From assembly GCA_963693055.1 (NCBI GenBank), contig OY843751.1:3072001-3136000 (forward strand): a stretch of 64,000 bases of DNA, given 5' to 3'. The notes beneath the pieces were generated by a model. It saw only the letters and a program-made list of their open reading frames with translations. It was not told the origin of the DNA and made no database searches. The translations under genes were made by a program, and so were the position numbers. Shown piece after piece: positions 10,014-20,094 of the stretch. Each line of letters starts with the position of its first letter. Position 1 is the stretch's first letter. The stretch comes from a bacterium. Lineage in GTDB: Bacteria > Zhuqueibacterota > Zhuqueibacteria > Residuimicrobiales > Krinioviventaceae.

Positions 10014-10761
10014 TTTCAGACTCCATATATTTTTCGTATCCAATTTTAACCAAAAACAATCCTTGTGGGGGTGCGGTTTGACCAGCAGCACATCTGTCCT
10101 TGGCTTTTAAAATATCTAACAAATCATCATGATTCAGTGAGCCATTCCCAATATTCACCAAAGTACCTACTAAAATCCTTACCATATTATGAAGAAAACG
10201 ATTTGCTATAATATCAAAATAGGTCCTGTCTCCCTGTTCATGCCAGAGAACCTTGTGAACATCGCAGTTATAATGCTTAACATCAGAACCTGCCTGACAA
10301 AAAGATTCAAAATCATGCATTCCCAATAAAAGTGAACTTGCTTCCTGCATCTTGAGAATGTCAATATCATCCTTTAAATACCAGGCATACTGTCTGCCAA
10401 TTGCCAAAGGTCTATTAATAATATGATAACGATAAGACCGATAATATGCACTGTACCTTGAATTAAAATCCTCATCTACTTCAGAAGAATTTAAAATCCT
10501 GATATCGCGTGGTAATAATGGATTCAATCCTACAGTAAAGACATGAATGGGTAAATTTGAATCCGTTTTAAAGTTGACAACCTGGCCCAATGCATGAACA
10601 CCAGCATCAGTACGGCCTGCACTGGTAACTCGGATAAAAGTTCTTGTCAATTTTTCCAATGCAGCTTCTATTTCACCTTGAACAGTTCGCACATCATTTT
10701 GGACTTGCCATCCGCTAAAATCAGTACCGTCATATTCAACTATTAATTTAATATTGCGCAT
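9997..10761 (-). CDS. truA: tRNA pseudouridine(38-40) synthase
   Basis: [37 protein letters not shown]. Confidence 0.97.
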   Translation of the reverse strand: MRNIKLIVEYDGTDFSGWQVQNDVRTVQGEIEAALEKLTRTFIRVTSAGRTDAGVHALGQVVNFKTDSNLPIHVFTVGLNPLLPRDIRILNSSEVDEDFNSRYSAYYRSYRYHIINRPLAIGRQYAWYLKDDIDILKMQEASSLLLGMHDFESFCQAGSDVKHYNCDVHKVLWHEQGDRTYFDIIANRFLHNMVRILVGTLVNIGNGSLNHDDLLDILKAKDRCAAGQTAPPQGLFLVKIGYEKYMESENEVFY

Positions 10762-10779
10762 ATCAGCTGTTATAACAGT

Positions 10780-11580
10780 TTATAATGCAATAATACAAAA
10801 TGTAAAAAGAACAAGACATGCTGATAATGTAATATAATCAGCATATTTAAAAGATAATACCGTATAGCTTGAACGGGAATCACCACCATGGTAACATCTT
10901 GAATCCATAGCCAAAGCGAGATCATCCGCACGTCGAAAAGCAGAAATAAAAAGGGGTATTATCAAGGGAACTATATTTTTTGCTCTATCCATAATACTGC
11001 CTTCATATGATGCCCCGCGAGACATTTGGGCATTTTTCAATCGCTGCGTTTCTTCAATCAGTGTTGGAATAAAACGCAAAGATAATGTTAACATCATAAC
11101 AATCTCATGTGAAGGCAATCCAATTTTTTTCAAAGGTCTAAATAATTTATCCAAAGCATCAGTCAACTCGATCGGCAAAGTAGACAAAGTCAATAATGCT
11201 GCTAATACAATCAAGACTGCCAGTCGGATAGAATATTGCAAGCCCAGCATAAAACCTTCATAGGTTAAAGATAAATGCAGACTTTTCAATTCAAATAATG
11301 GCTTTCCGGGGGTCCAAAATAGATGAACAATCATTGTAAGAATAAAAAGCCAAAAAAATGGTTTCAAATTTTTAAAAACCAGAGAAAATGGAATTTTGGA
11401 AAAAACTGTTATTACAACAAGTAACAAAATAAAAAAAAGAATAATCCATAAATTTTTTGAAACCAGTAATGCCGTCATCAGTAATAATACCGAAAGCAAT
11501 TTGGTTCTTGGGTCCAATTGATGAACAAAAGAATCACCGGGAAAATATTGCCCCAATGTTATATCTGAAACAAATGCCAT
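10780..11580 (-). CDS. ecfT: ECF transporter transmembrane T component
   Basis: GQYFPGDSFVHQLDPRTKL, LRFIPTL, AQMSRG, ALAMDSRCY; upstream of truA. Confidence 0.93.
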   Translation of the reverse strand: MAFVSDITLGQYFPGDSFVHQLDPRTKLLSVLLLMTALLVSKNLWIILFFILLLVVITVFSKIPFSLVFKNLKPFFWLFILTMIVHLFWTPGKPLFELKSLHLSLTYEGFMLGLQYSIRLAVLIVLAALLTLSTLPIELTDALDKLFRPLKKIGLPSHEIVMMLTLSLRFIPTLIEETQRLKNAQMSRGASYEGSIMDRAKNIVPLIIPLFISAFRRADDLALAMDSRCYHGGDSRSSYTVLSFKYADYITLSACLVLFTFCIIAL

Positions 11581-11794
11581 AATTCTATCCTAAATAAGTA
11601 AAAATATAACAAAATTTAAAATAAAAACAAACAAAATAGTCATTGCTTATGTAATGCATTATTAACATTTTACAACCCAAAAACACATAAAAATGATTGT
11701 TTTACTTGCTATTAAAAAATAATTTTTCAATATTATCAAATCTTGTTATTTTGAATTTTCCCCGTCAAGAAAACATTCACTACTGGAGGATTTC

Positions 11795-13822
11795 ATGGCA
11801 AATCAGTCTGAAAAGGGTTCAGGTACAAATTTTCAACCGTACGTACCCATTCAAACCGAAATGAAAGAGTTTACTTTCAAGGCAATATTTCTTGGAATGT
11901 TAATGGCTATTATTCTGGGTGCCGCTAATGTTTACCTTGGGTTAAAAGCCGGCATGACAGTAGCCGCTACTTTTCCGGCAGCAGTTATCGCTATGGCGAT
12001 ATTGCGTCCCTTTAAAGGAAACATTCTTGAAGAGAACCTGGCCCGTACTACCGGTGCTGTTGGTGAAGCTCTTGCAGCGGGTGCTATTTTCACCATACCG
12101 GCATTTGTAATGGCCGGTGTTTGGCAAGATTTTGATTATTTCAAAAGTACCATGCTCATGCTGGTTGGTGGCATCCTGGGTGTTCTCTTTATTATTATCC
12201 TTCGCCGAACTCTGGTTGAAGATCAAACACTCCCCTATCCTGAAAGTAAAGCTTGTGCAGAAATTGTCAAGGCAGGTCAAGGCGGACAATCAGGTGCTAA
12301 ATTTGTATTCCTGCCAATGGGACTGGCTGCATTAATTGAATTTTTGAAAAACGATAACGGTTTAAAGATCATCAAAGATTCCGTAACAGGCTTTTTTCAA
12401 TTTCATTCTTCCAAGATCTCCCTTTTAGATGGAAACAGTAATATTTATGAAATTGTATCGCAAGCTGGTGATAAATTAAAAGCACAATTTTCTTTTACTG
12501 GTGGCATGTTTTTACAAAGCCCCTCTGCTTCTCCGGCGTTTGTTGGCGTTGGTTACATTATTGGATTCAGATTGGCAGCTATTACCTTTTCGGGTGGTGT
12601 TTTTGGCTGGTTATTTCTAATGCCAATTGTACTATTCCTGACCAGTGGATCCATTGAACCTTTTGCACAATCCGTTGACTGGACTACCATGGCACGGGCT
12701 GCTTACAATTCTACAGTTAAACCCATTGCAGTGGGCGGTATGCTGGTTGGTGCTTTTTATACATTATTTAAAATGAGAAACAGTTTGTTCTCCGGCATTT
12801 CTCGTGGTATTCAAGATATTAAAAAAGCGGGTAGTGGAGAATCTAGCTCTGTTCGCACAGACAAGGATGCTCCTTTTGGTATGACAATAATATCAATTAT
12901 TATACTCGTAGTTTGCATGATCATTTTGTACCAAACATTCAGTCACAATTGGGGTTCTGCAATCCTGGCAGCTGTCGTGATGGCACTTGCAGGATTTATT
13001 TTTGCCGCTGTTGCCGGGTATCTGGTAGGAATTATCGGTAGCTCATCTAATCCTATTTCCGGCCTTACATTATCCACACTTTTAATTGCAGCATTATTAA
13101 TGGTTATGGTTGGTATGAAAGGAAATCCCGGTGTTGCTGCTGTTCTTGCTGTATCTTCAGTTGTTTGCTGTGTTGCCGGTGTTGCAGGAGATATGATGCA
13201 GGATCTCAAAGTTGGTCATATATTGGGTGGTACGCCATGGAAAATGCAGGTTGGCGAAATGATGGGCGTTGTTGCAGCATCATTTGTACTGGTTGTACCT
13301 ATCATGCTTTTACATCATGCGTATGGACTGGGTAGCGAGTCTTTACCCGCCCCTCAGGCAGGACTAATGGCAATGATGAGTAAAGGTATTGTTAGTGGAG
13401 AAATGGCATGGCCGCTGGTTATTGCCGGTATGTTATTCTCTATTGCTCTTATTCTCATTGGCTCCCCTTCTCCCATGCTCATTGCAGTTGGAATGTATTT
13501 ACCTTTAACAACCACATTTGCTATTTTTATTGGCGGTTTGATCAAACACGCTGTTGACGTACTAGCTGCTAAAAAAGCAAAATCGGAAGAAGATAAAAAT
13601 TTAGTAGAAAATACGGGGTTGTTGCTAGCCTCGGGACTTGTTGCCGGAGAAGCTTTAACCGGCATTATTCTGGCCGCACTTGTAGTGGCAGAAATTAATA
13701 TTAAATCTTTCTTTGGCATTCCTGAATCATTTGATGGATTCTGGTGGATGGGTTTGGTAGTATTTGCCGTACTGGCATTCGTTCTTATAAAATATCCCAT
13801 ACAAAAACTGAAAAAATCATAA
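11795..13822 (+). CDS. OPT-family oligopeptide transporter
   Basis: ANVYLGLKAG, ENLARTTG, LPYPES, GSSSNPISG, MQDLKVGHILGGTPWKMQ, LPAPQAGLMA, SGLVAGE; GGAGG SD. Confidence 0.95.
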   Translation: MANQSEKGSGTNFQPYVPIQTEMKEFTFKAIFLGMLMAIILGAANVYLGLKAGMTVAATFPAAVIAMAILRPFKGNILEENLARTTGAVGEALAAGAIFTIPAFVMAGVWQDFDYFKSTMLMLVGGILGVLFIIILRRTLVEDQTLPYPESKACAEIVKAGQGGQSGAKFVFLPMGLAALIEFLKNDNGLKIIKDSVTGFFQFHSSKISLLDGNSNIYEIVSQAGDKLKAQFSFTGGMFLQSPSASPAFVGVGYIIGFRLAAITFSGGVFGWLFLMPIVLFLTSGSIEPFAQSVDWTTMARAAYNSTVKPIAVGGMLVGAFYTLFKMRNSLFSGISRGIQDIKKAGSGESSSVRTDKDAPFGMTIISIIILVVCMIILYQTFSHNWGSAILAAVVMALAGFIFAAVAGYLVGIIGSSSNPISGLTLSTLLIAALLMVMVGMKGNPGVAAVLAVSSVVCCVAGVAGDMMQDLKVGHILGGTPWKMQVGEMMGVVAASFVLVVPIMLLHHAYGLGSESLPAPQAGLMAMMSKGIVSGEMAWPLVIAGMLFSIALILIGSPSPMLIAVGMYLPLTTTFAIFIGGLIKHAVDVLAAKKAKSEEDKNLVENTGLLLASGLVAGEALTGIILAALVVAEINIKSFFGIPESFDGFWWMGLVVFAVLAFVLIKYPIQKLKKS

Positions 13823-13835
13823 ACCGGAATATCTA

Positions 13836-14210
13836 TTGAATTTATTAACATATACAGCTACACACAATGTTGAATGGACAGAAAATGATTCCGGGCAGGT
13901 TGTTTTAACCTGCCCCAGAATCATTAATCCATTCATGAAAAAAATATTCAAACCGTTTATAAAAAAACAGTATTACAAAGTTACGCTTGATGACTTTGGC
14001 AGCTTTGTCTGGAAACATATTGACAATACCAGAACAATAAAAATGATTGCTGATCTTTTATATAATGAATTTGGTGAATCTATTCAACCAGTTTATGAAA
14101 GATTGGGGATATTTATAAACACGTTGGGAAAACACAACTTTATCATACTACACTCTGGTATTGATGAAACGGTTAAAGATTCGCAGGAAAAACATGAAAA
14201 AAATGGTTGA
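13836..14210 (+). CDS. PqqD-family (RRE-like) protein
   Basis: TLDDFGSFVWKHIDNTRTIKMIADLLYNEFGE...YERLGIFINTL matches the PqqD winged-helix pattern. Confidence 0.78.
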   Translation: MNLLTYTATHNVEWTENDSGQVVLTCPRIINPFMKKIFKPFIKKQYYKVTLDDFGSFVWKHIDNTRTIKMIADLLYNEFGESIQPVYERLGIFINTLGKHNFIILHSGIDETVKDSQEKHEKNG

Positions 14211-15141
14211 AACAGCACAATCACTATTAAAGAATTGTTTGGAAATAAAAAAAGATGAAAGTATTCTAATTTTATACCATTCTCCCTACCAGGATATTGC
14301 TGCTTTTTTACATCAAGAATGCTCCAAAAAGATATTTAATACTTTTAAGCTTGAAATACCTGACAAATTTTATAAAGACAACTTTACAAATATTTCAAAA
14401 TTCCTTGGTGAAATGGATGCAATTATTGCCTTAACTGATCCATCAATTTCATTTTGGGATAGTAAAATTCAGGCAAATCAGAATGGCACACGAATAATAT
14501 GTTTACCCAATATTACCGATTCATCGTTTGCCAAATTGGGTAAAACAAATTTTAAACGTATTCACTATCTCAGCAAAAAAATCAGCGATATTCTTTCCAT
14601 CTCTAAAGTAGTCTCTTTAACTTGTCCTAACGGTACAAATCTTTCTATACCCATAACCACTCATGAAGGTTTTGCAGAAACCGGACTAGTAAATGCAAAA
14701 GGAACATTCTCCAACCTGCCTGCCGGTGAAGCATCTATTGTTCCTGAAACCTGTGATGGAGAATTTGTTGTAGATAATTGTTCTGAAATGAGCAAGGATG
14801 ATCCGGATAAATTGGTAGTGCACATTAAAGATGGACGCGCTGTCCGGATTTCAGGAGGTACTTCTGCTAAACGTTTACGCCAAAAACTGGCCAAAATGGG
14901 TCCGGATAGCAGGAATATTATAGAATTTGGTATTGGTACAAATGAATCATTAAAAAACAGTGGTAATCCGCTGGAAGATCAAAAAGTCCTTGGCAATATC
15001 CACATCACATTAGGATACTATCCAACACAGAGTTCTAAAATGAACCAAATATATCCAATACACCTGGTAGCATATAAATCAACTGTTGAATTAAGGGGTA
15101 AAAAGATTATAGACAAAGGTAAATTGATGCTGGATGTTTAA
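14194..15141 (+). CDS. M29/AmpS-like leucyl aminopeptidase homologue with degenerate metal ligands
   Basis: GTNLSI, NLPAGEA, EFGIGTN, EDQKVLGNIHITLG. Confidence 0.78.
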   Translation: MKKMVETAQSLLKNCLEIKKDESILILYHSPYQDIAAFLHQECSKKIFNTFKLEIPDKFYKDNFTNISKFLGEMDAIIALTDPSISFWDSKIQANQNGTRIICLPNITDSSFAKLGKTNFKRIHYLSKKISDILSISKVVSLTCPNGTNLSIPITTHEGFAETGLVNAKGTFSNLPAGEASIVPETCDGEFVVDNCSEMSKDDPDKLVVHIKDGRAVRISGGTSAKRLRQKLAKMGPDSRNIIEFGIGTNESLKNSGNPLEDQKVLGNIHITLGYYPTQSSKMNQIYPIHLVAYKSTVELRGKKIIDKGKLMLDV

Positions 15142-15785
15142 TTGCTTACAAGACTATCCAGCTTTTCATTTTTTCGATTTAAAATACGTGACATCCTTTT
15201 GCTGCTATTATAAACTGCATATACATCCATCTTTTGTTGTTCAGTAAGGTTCCCCATCTCATTATCAAATAATTGTTTACAAAGGCTAGCAATTGTCGAA
15301 GTGGCCAGAGACAAATCATCCATCCATTCAGTTTCATGCTCAGCAGAAGTGGGATGAGATTTTCCATTGCGTGGTGGTGGTTGCATCTTGTTGGATTCCA
15401 ATTTAGATAACCGCACAACATTATCCACAACATTTACCAGTTCTCTATGACCAAAAGGTTTATTTAAAAAAGCTCTCATACCCATGCGATAACATTCCAT
15501 TAAATTGTCTACTTCATCTGCCTTGGCAGTTAATACAACAATAGGAATATTTCTTATGGATTCATATTGAGGTTGAGTATGTAATTTTTGAATAAACTGT
15601 TTACCGGTTATATCAGGCAAAATGAAATCAAGTACTATAACATCTGGTTTGTGGAATTTAGCGGACTCTAACCCCTCGTGACCATTTCGAGCAGTGTAAA
15701 AATCATATCCTGCCCGTCCAAAGATACGCTTTCCAATTAAAAGCATATCAACATTATCATCAACTAACAAAAGCTTATATTTCAT
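15138..15785 (-). CDS. Response regulator: REC domain plus C-terminal His-less HisKA-like helical hairpin
   Basis: LLVDDN, IVLDFILPD, VLTAK, FLNKPF; tail DDLSLATSTIASLCKQLFDNEMGNLTEQQK. Start taken at MKYKLLLVDD. Confidence 0.88.
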   Translation of the reverse strand: MKYKLLLVDDNVDMLLIGKRIFGRAGYDFYTARNGHEGLESAKFHKPDVIVLDFILPDITGKQFIQKLHTQPQYESIRNIPIVVLTAKADEVDNLMECYRMGMRAFLNKPFGHRELVNVVDNVVRLSKLESNKMQPPPRNGKSHPTSAEHETEWMDDLSLATSTIASLCKQLFDNEMGNLTEQQKMDVYAVYNSSKRMSRILNRKNEKLDSLVSN

Positions 15786-15889
15786 AGTGCTTGCACCTTC
15801 ATTAACCCACAATCCCATCATTCACAATTATAAATATAAGAAAATATTTATTCAATACAATAAAAAATTTACTTTAAAGATAAAAAAAA

Positions 15890-17344
15890 TCAGGACTCCA
15901 TGAGAGGAAATGTTAGAGTAAAAGTAGATCCTTTCCCCACACCGCTTGTCACATTTATTTGCCCATCATGTATTTCGACTAATTGCTTCACCAGTGACAA
16001 TCCCAAACCAGAGCCCCGTATGTCTCTGGTTTTCTCATTTTCTGAAACCCGGTAAAACTTTTTAAATATATTTTGCAAATCATTCTCAGGAATACCAAAG
16101 CCTTCATCACTGACTTTAAAAAATACATTTCCATTTTCATGTTCCAGCGCCAAAGAAACGCGTGTATTATCCGGACTGTATTTGATAGCATTGGAAAATA
16201 AATTGAGTATAATCTGCTCCATCATACCATTATCTGCCCAAATAAACACAGGTGTTTCGGGCTCGTCAACCTGAACAGTAATTTGTTTTTGAGTGGCCAG
16301 AAAAGAATTATTGCCAACAACAATTTGTATTGTTTCAAGCAGATCAACTTTAGATTTCTGAGGTTGAATTCTTCCGGATTCTATTCTTGAAATATCTAAA
16401 AATTTATTAATCAATTCACCTAATCGGCTTGATTCTTTCATAATGATGGAAGCAAACTCACTTGCCTGCTCTCTATCCAGATCAGGGTCTAACAACAACT
16501 CACTGAATCCGGAAATACTGGTTAATGGAGAACGGAGTTCGTGCGCTACCATTGAAACCAGCTCTGTTTTCATCCTATCAATTTCTTTTTGCTGGGTAAT
16601 ATCACGTAATATGGTAGCAATACCAATAAGACCTTCGGTTTGATGTAATACCCGTGCTGCATTTGCCTGCAAAATTAATGGCTGCCAATTACCTTTTTGT
16701 TTGATTTCAATGTCTACAGAGGGTAATTCAAGCTTGTCGTGATGGGTTGCTTCCTGTATAAGATGCTGCAATTTGGGTTCATCGATGCATTCCATCAACG
16801 TTTTTTCCAGTGCTTGTCCTTCATCCAGACCAAACCATCGCTCCGCAGTTGAATTTACAACAAGTATTTTGTAATTGGGGTCAGTTACAATTACACCATC
16901 CGCAATGTTTTTAATAATGGTTTGGGTTTTATTGCGCTCTGCAATTATCTGGGCAAGATTCATCTCATTTAATCGACGAATCTCAGTAGTCATGTAATTG
17001 AATAATTTAGCCAATCTGCCGAGTTCATCATCAGATTGCAATTCAATTTTATGCGAAAACTTGCCTCTGGCAATTTCAGTTGCACTTTTGGTAAATTCAG
17101 CTATGGGTGTTGTTATGTATCGCGAAATATAAAAGGCAACTACCCCGGAAATCGATAAAACGATAAACAATATTCCAACAATTATCGAAACAATAGATAA
17201 TACAGAATATTTTGAAAATAATAATCCATTAAAAATTGCATATACAGCAAATAAAACAATTGGAATAATTGTGGCAATTACAATAGCTATAAATAATTTC
17301 TTAAACAGTTTGCTATTTAGCTGCTGATTAAGCCAGTTTGTCAT
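15890..17344 (-). CDS. Sensor histidine kinase (2 TM-HAMP-PAS-HisKA-HATPase)
   Basis: DELGRLAKLFNYM, IADGVIVTD, AHELRSPL, NLFSNAIKY, DEGFGI, GSGLGL. Confidence 0.96.
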   Translation of the reverse strand: MTNWLNQQLNSKLFKKLFIAIVIATIIPIVLFAVYAIFNGLLFSKYSVLSIVSIIVGILFIVLSISGVVAFYISRYITTPIAEFTKSATEIARGKFSHKIELQSDDELGRLAKLFNYMTTEIRRLNEMNLAQIIAERNKTQTIIKNIADGVIVTDPNYKILVVNSTAERWFGLDEGQALEKTLMECIDEPKLQHLIQEATHHDKLELPSVDIEIKQKGNWQPLILQANAARVLHQTEGLIGIATILRDITQQKEIDRMKTELVSMVAHELRSPLTSISGFSELLLDPDLDREQASEFASIIMKESSRLGELINKFLDISRIESGRIQPQKSKVDLLETIQIVVGNNSFLATQKQITVQVDEPETPVFIWADNGMMEQIILNLFSNAIKYSPDNTRVSLALEHENGNVFFKVSDEGFGIPENDLQNIFKKFYRVSENEKTRDIRGSGLGLSLVKQLVEIHDGQINVTSGVGKGSTFTLTFPLMES

Positions 17345-17352
17345 ATATTAGA

Positions 17353-18306
17353 TCATCCTTCATCAATTACTAGATTTTTTCCACGGTCTTTGGCAATATA
17401 CAGTCTTCTGTCAGCGCAATCAATAATCTCTTCAAGAGTTGTTCCATCTTTGGGAAACGTTGAAACGCCTACACTTATAGTTATTCGAACCGGCGAATTG
17501 ACTCTATGATTTCCAAACATATCATTATCAATCAAAGTTTTAATTTTTGATGCTACAGTCATTGCAGAATCCCTGTTAGTATCAGGCAATATTAAAGCAA
17601 ATTCTTCACCGCCATAACGGGCTGCAACATCATTACTTCTTACATTCTTTCGTAACAAGTCAGCAATACACTTTAAAATTTCATCACCTGCAAGATGTCC
17701 ATACGTATCATTGTATTTTTTAAAATCATCAATATCAAACAAGATCAACGAAAAGCAGGACTGATTTCTTTTAACACGTTCAATCTCTTTAGTTAAAGTA
17801 TCTTTAAAGAAACGATAATTATAAAGATTGGTCAAGCCATCTGTTGTTGCCAATTCCTGCAGTGTCTCCTGGGCAACTTCAAGCTGATTAACTTTATCCT
17901 GCAACTGGTCATGTAATAATTTAATTCTTAATAATGATTTTACTCTTGCCTTAACTTCATGCTTGTTAACGGGTTTTGTAATAAAATCATCAGCGCCAGA
18001 TTCTATACCTGTAATTTTGTCTTCTATATCATCAAGTGCTGTGACCAATATCACAGGAATATAAAAATGTTCATCTTTACTTTTAATAATTCTGCATGTC
18101 TCAAATCCATCAAGTTCGGGCATCATTACATCAAGCAATATTAAATCGGGATTTTCTTTTTCAACCAGTTCAAGGGCCTCTTTTCCCGATTCAGCAGTAA
18201 TTAACTGATAATCTTTTTCCAAATATGAAACAAGTACTTTGATATTTGAAGGTATGTCGTCAACAACTAGTAATTTTGATTTTTTTTGTAACTCACTTGA
18301 CTCCAA
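17353..18306 (-). CDS. REC-GGDEF diguanylate cyclase (PleD/WspR-like)
   Basis: REC (ILLDVMMP), TDGLTNLYN, DIDDFKKYNDTYGH, RSND I-site, RYGGEEF. Confidence 0.96.
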   Translation of the reverse strand: MESSELQKKSKLLVVDDIPSNIKVLVSYLEKDYQLITAESGKEALELVEKENPDLILLDVMMPELDGFETCRIIKSKDEHFYIPVILVTALDDIEDKITGIESGADDFITKPVNKHEVKARVKSLLRIKLLHDQLQDKVNQLEVAQETLQELATTDGLTNLYNYRFFKDTLTKEIERVKRNQSCFSLILFDIDDFKKYNDTYGHLAGDEILKCIADLLRKNVRSNDVAARYGGEEFALILPDTNRDSAMTVASKIKTLIDNDMFGNHRVNSPVRITISVGVSTFPKDGTTLEEIIDCADRRLYIAKDRGKNLVIDEG

Positions 18307-18344
18307 AAATGCATCCTTTATGTATCCGTTAATATATGGAGAGA

Positions 18345-19796
18345 TTATTCATCAAAAGTATATTTAACATTTAAATTTCGGGCTGCAAGAGCTTCATTTA
18401 ATCGGGAAACTCGGGTAGTATGTGGAGCGTTTTTCAACAGATCCGGATTTTCTTCTACCTCATTTGCAATTTGGATCATTATATTTGCAAAACGTTCAAT
18501 AGAGCGCTTACTTTCTGTTTCGGTAGGTTCTATCATTAATGCTTCAGAAACAATTAAAGGAAAGTAAACTGTAGGAGCATGAACACCAAAATCCAAAAGA
18601 CGTTTTGCAATGTCTAATGTTTTAACACCTTTGGCTTTTTGTCTGTCACCAGATAAAACAAATTCATGCATGGTTTTTGATTTATAAGGCAATTCATAAT
18701 AATCTTTAACCAGTGATAACAGGTAATTGGCATTAATAATTGCCCATTCTCCTACCTGGCGCAATCCTTTTGCACCCAACATTCGAATGTATGTATACGC
18801 CCGAACAATAACAGCAAAATTGCCATAAAAGGTACAAACCTTGCCAATTGAATTTTCCAAATCACAATACAATGTATATTTATCATTTTCTTTTTTAATA
18901 CAGGGCTTTGGCAAGAAATCTACTACTCTTGCTGAAACACCTACAGGTCCAGAACCAGGACCGCCACCACCATGAGGAGTCGAAAAGGTTTTATGCAGGT
19001 TAAAATGAACAACATCAAAACCCAAATCACCGGGACGTACAATGCCAAGCAACGCATTTAGATTTGCCCCATCCATATACATCAAAGCACCAATATCATG
19101 AAGCATCTTGGAAATTTTGTCTACTTGTGTTTCAAAAATACCCAATGTGTTAGGATTCGTCAACATAAATGCCGCAACATCATCATTTAATTTGGATTCA
19201 AGGTCCGCTAAATCAACCAATCCATCAGCATTAGATTTTATAGAAACAGATTCGTAACCTGCAATGGTAACGCTGGCAGGATTTGTTCCATGAGCAGAGT
19301 CTGGTATCAATACATATTTACGGGGTTTCCCTTTTGATTCATGATACTTGCGAATCATCATTAAACCGGCAAATTCACCATGGGCACCTGCAGAAGGCTG
19401 CAAGGAAACTGCTTTTAATCCGGAAACCTCGCAAAGATATTCTGACATCTCGGATAATAATTTCAGCGCGCCCTGAATAGTTGATTCCGGCTGTAACGGA
19501 TGCAATGCCTGAAATCCTGGCAATGCCTGCATATCTTCATTGATTTTGGGATTATATTTCATTGTACATGAACCCAGCGGATAAAAGTCTTTATCAACAT
19601 GATGATTCAATGTAGAAAGATTAACAAAATGTCGAACAACCTCTGGCTCGCTTACTTCAGGCAAACGTGCGGGAGATTTTCTTAAAAAGCTATCAGGAAT
19701 CAACTCTGAATTAGAACGGATTGGTACATCACAATCTGGCAAATTGGCTCCAATTTGTCCTTTTGATCCAATTTGAAATATTGAAAGATTTGGCAT
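18345..19796 (-). CDS. gcvPB: Glycine dehydrogenase (decarboxylating) subunit 2
   Basis: [49 protein letters not shown]. Confidence 0.97.
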   Translation of the reverse strand: MPNLSIFQIGSKGQIGANLPDCDVPIRSNSELIPDSFLRKSPARLPEVSEPEVVRHFVNLSTLNHHVDKDFYPLGSCTMKYNPKINEDMQALPGFQALHPLQPESTIQGALKLLSEMSEYLCEVSGLKAVSLQPSAGAHGEFAGLMMIRKYHESKGKPRKYVLIPDSAHGTNPASVTIAGYESVSIKSNADGLVDLADLESKLNDDVAAFMLTNPNTLGIFETQVDKISKMLHDIGALMYMDGANLNALLGIVRPGDLGFDVVHFNLHKTFSTPHGGGGPGSGPVGVSARVVDFLPKPCIKKENDKYTLYCDLENSIGKVCTFYGNFAVIVRAYTYIRMLGAKGLRQVGEWAIINANYLLSLVKDYYELPYKSKTMHEFVLSGDRQKAKGVKTLDIAKRLLDFGVHAPTVYFPLIVSEALMIEPTETESKRSIERFANIMIQIANEVEENPDLLKNAPHTTRVSRLNEALAARNLNVKYTFDE

Positions 19797-19831
19797 TTAT
19801 CACCTCGAGTTCCATATAAATTAAGATATAA

Positions 19832-19860
19832 AACTTACAATTTCCAGTAATGATAATCAA
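19832..19860 (-). promoter_or_regulatory. Putative promoter of gcvPB operon
   Basis: TTGATT-N17-TAAGTT. Confidence 0.5.
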
Positions 19861-20013
19861 GATATTTTATCAAAACATTTAAACTGTTGTCAATGTGCAA
19901 ATCGCAACTTAATCACCATAAAAACAACATATTAAAACAATAGCAGAAAAAATAATATCATAAAAACAAAAAACATGTAAATAAAATAAAAAGATAATGT
20001 TAAGAAAATGTAC

Positions 20014-20042
20014 TTGATTTTTTCAGAGAATCCATTTATCTT
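20014..20042 (+). promoter_or_regulatory. Putative promoter of the fadD-like gene
   Basis: TTGATT-N17-TATCTT. Confidence 0.5.
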
Positions 20043-20094
20043 GATTTCTGTGCTTTTTAAAATATTTACATTATCTTACTGAGGTCGCTTTAAC

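Noticed and set aside
9366-10091. Long N-terminal extensions in the ORF track (tal; likewise pruA 43128, rlpA 34208, zinc-ribbon 40893, MEMO1 50982)
   Set aside because: They overlap upstream genes or promoters; downstream starts match family N-termini and usually have an SD
13354-13851. 165-aa minus-strand ORF inside the OPT gene
   Set aside because: Antisense to a well-conserved membrane protein gene; typical shadow ORF
19797-20094. Glycine riboswitch upstream of gcvPB
   Set aside because: The region is A-rich and unstructured, no aptamer core is visible, and the predicted promoter leaves only a ~30-nt leader
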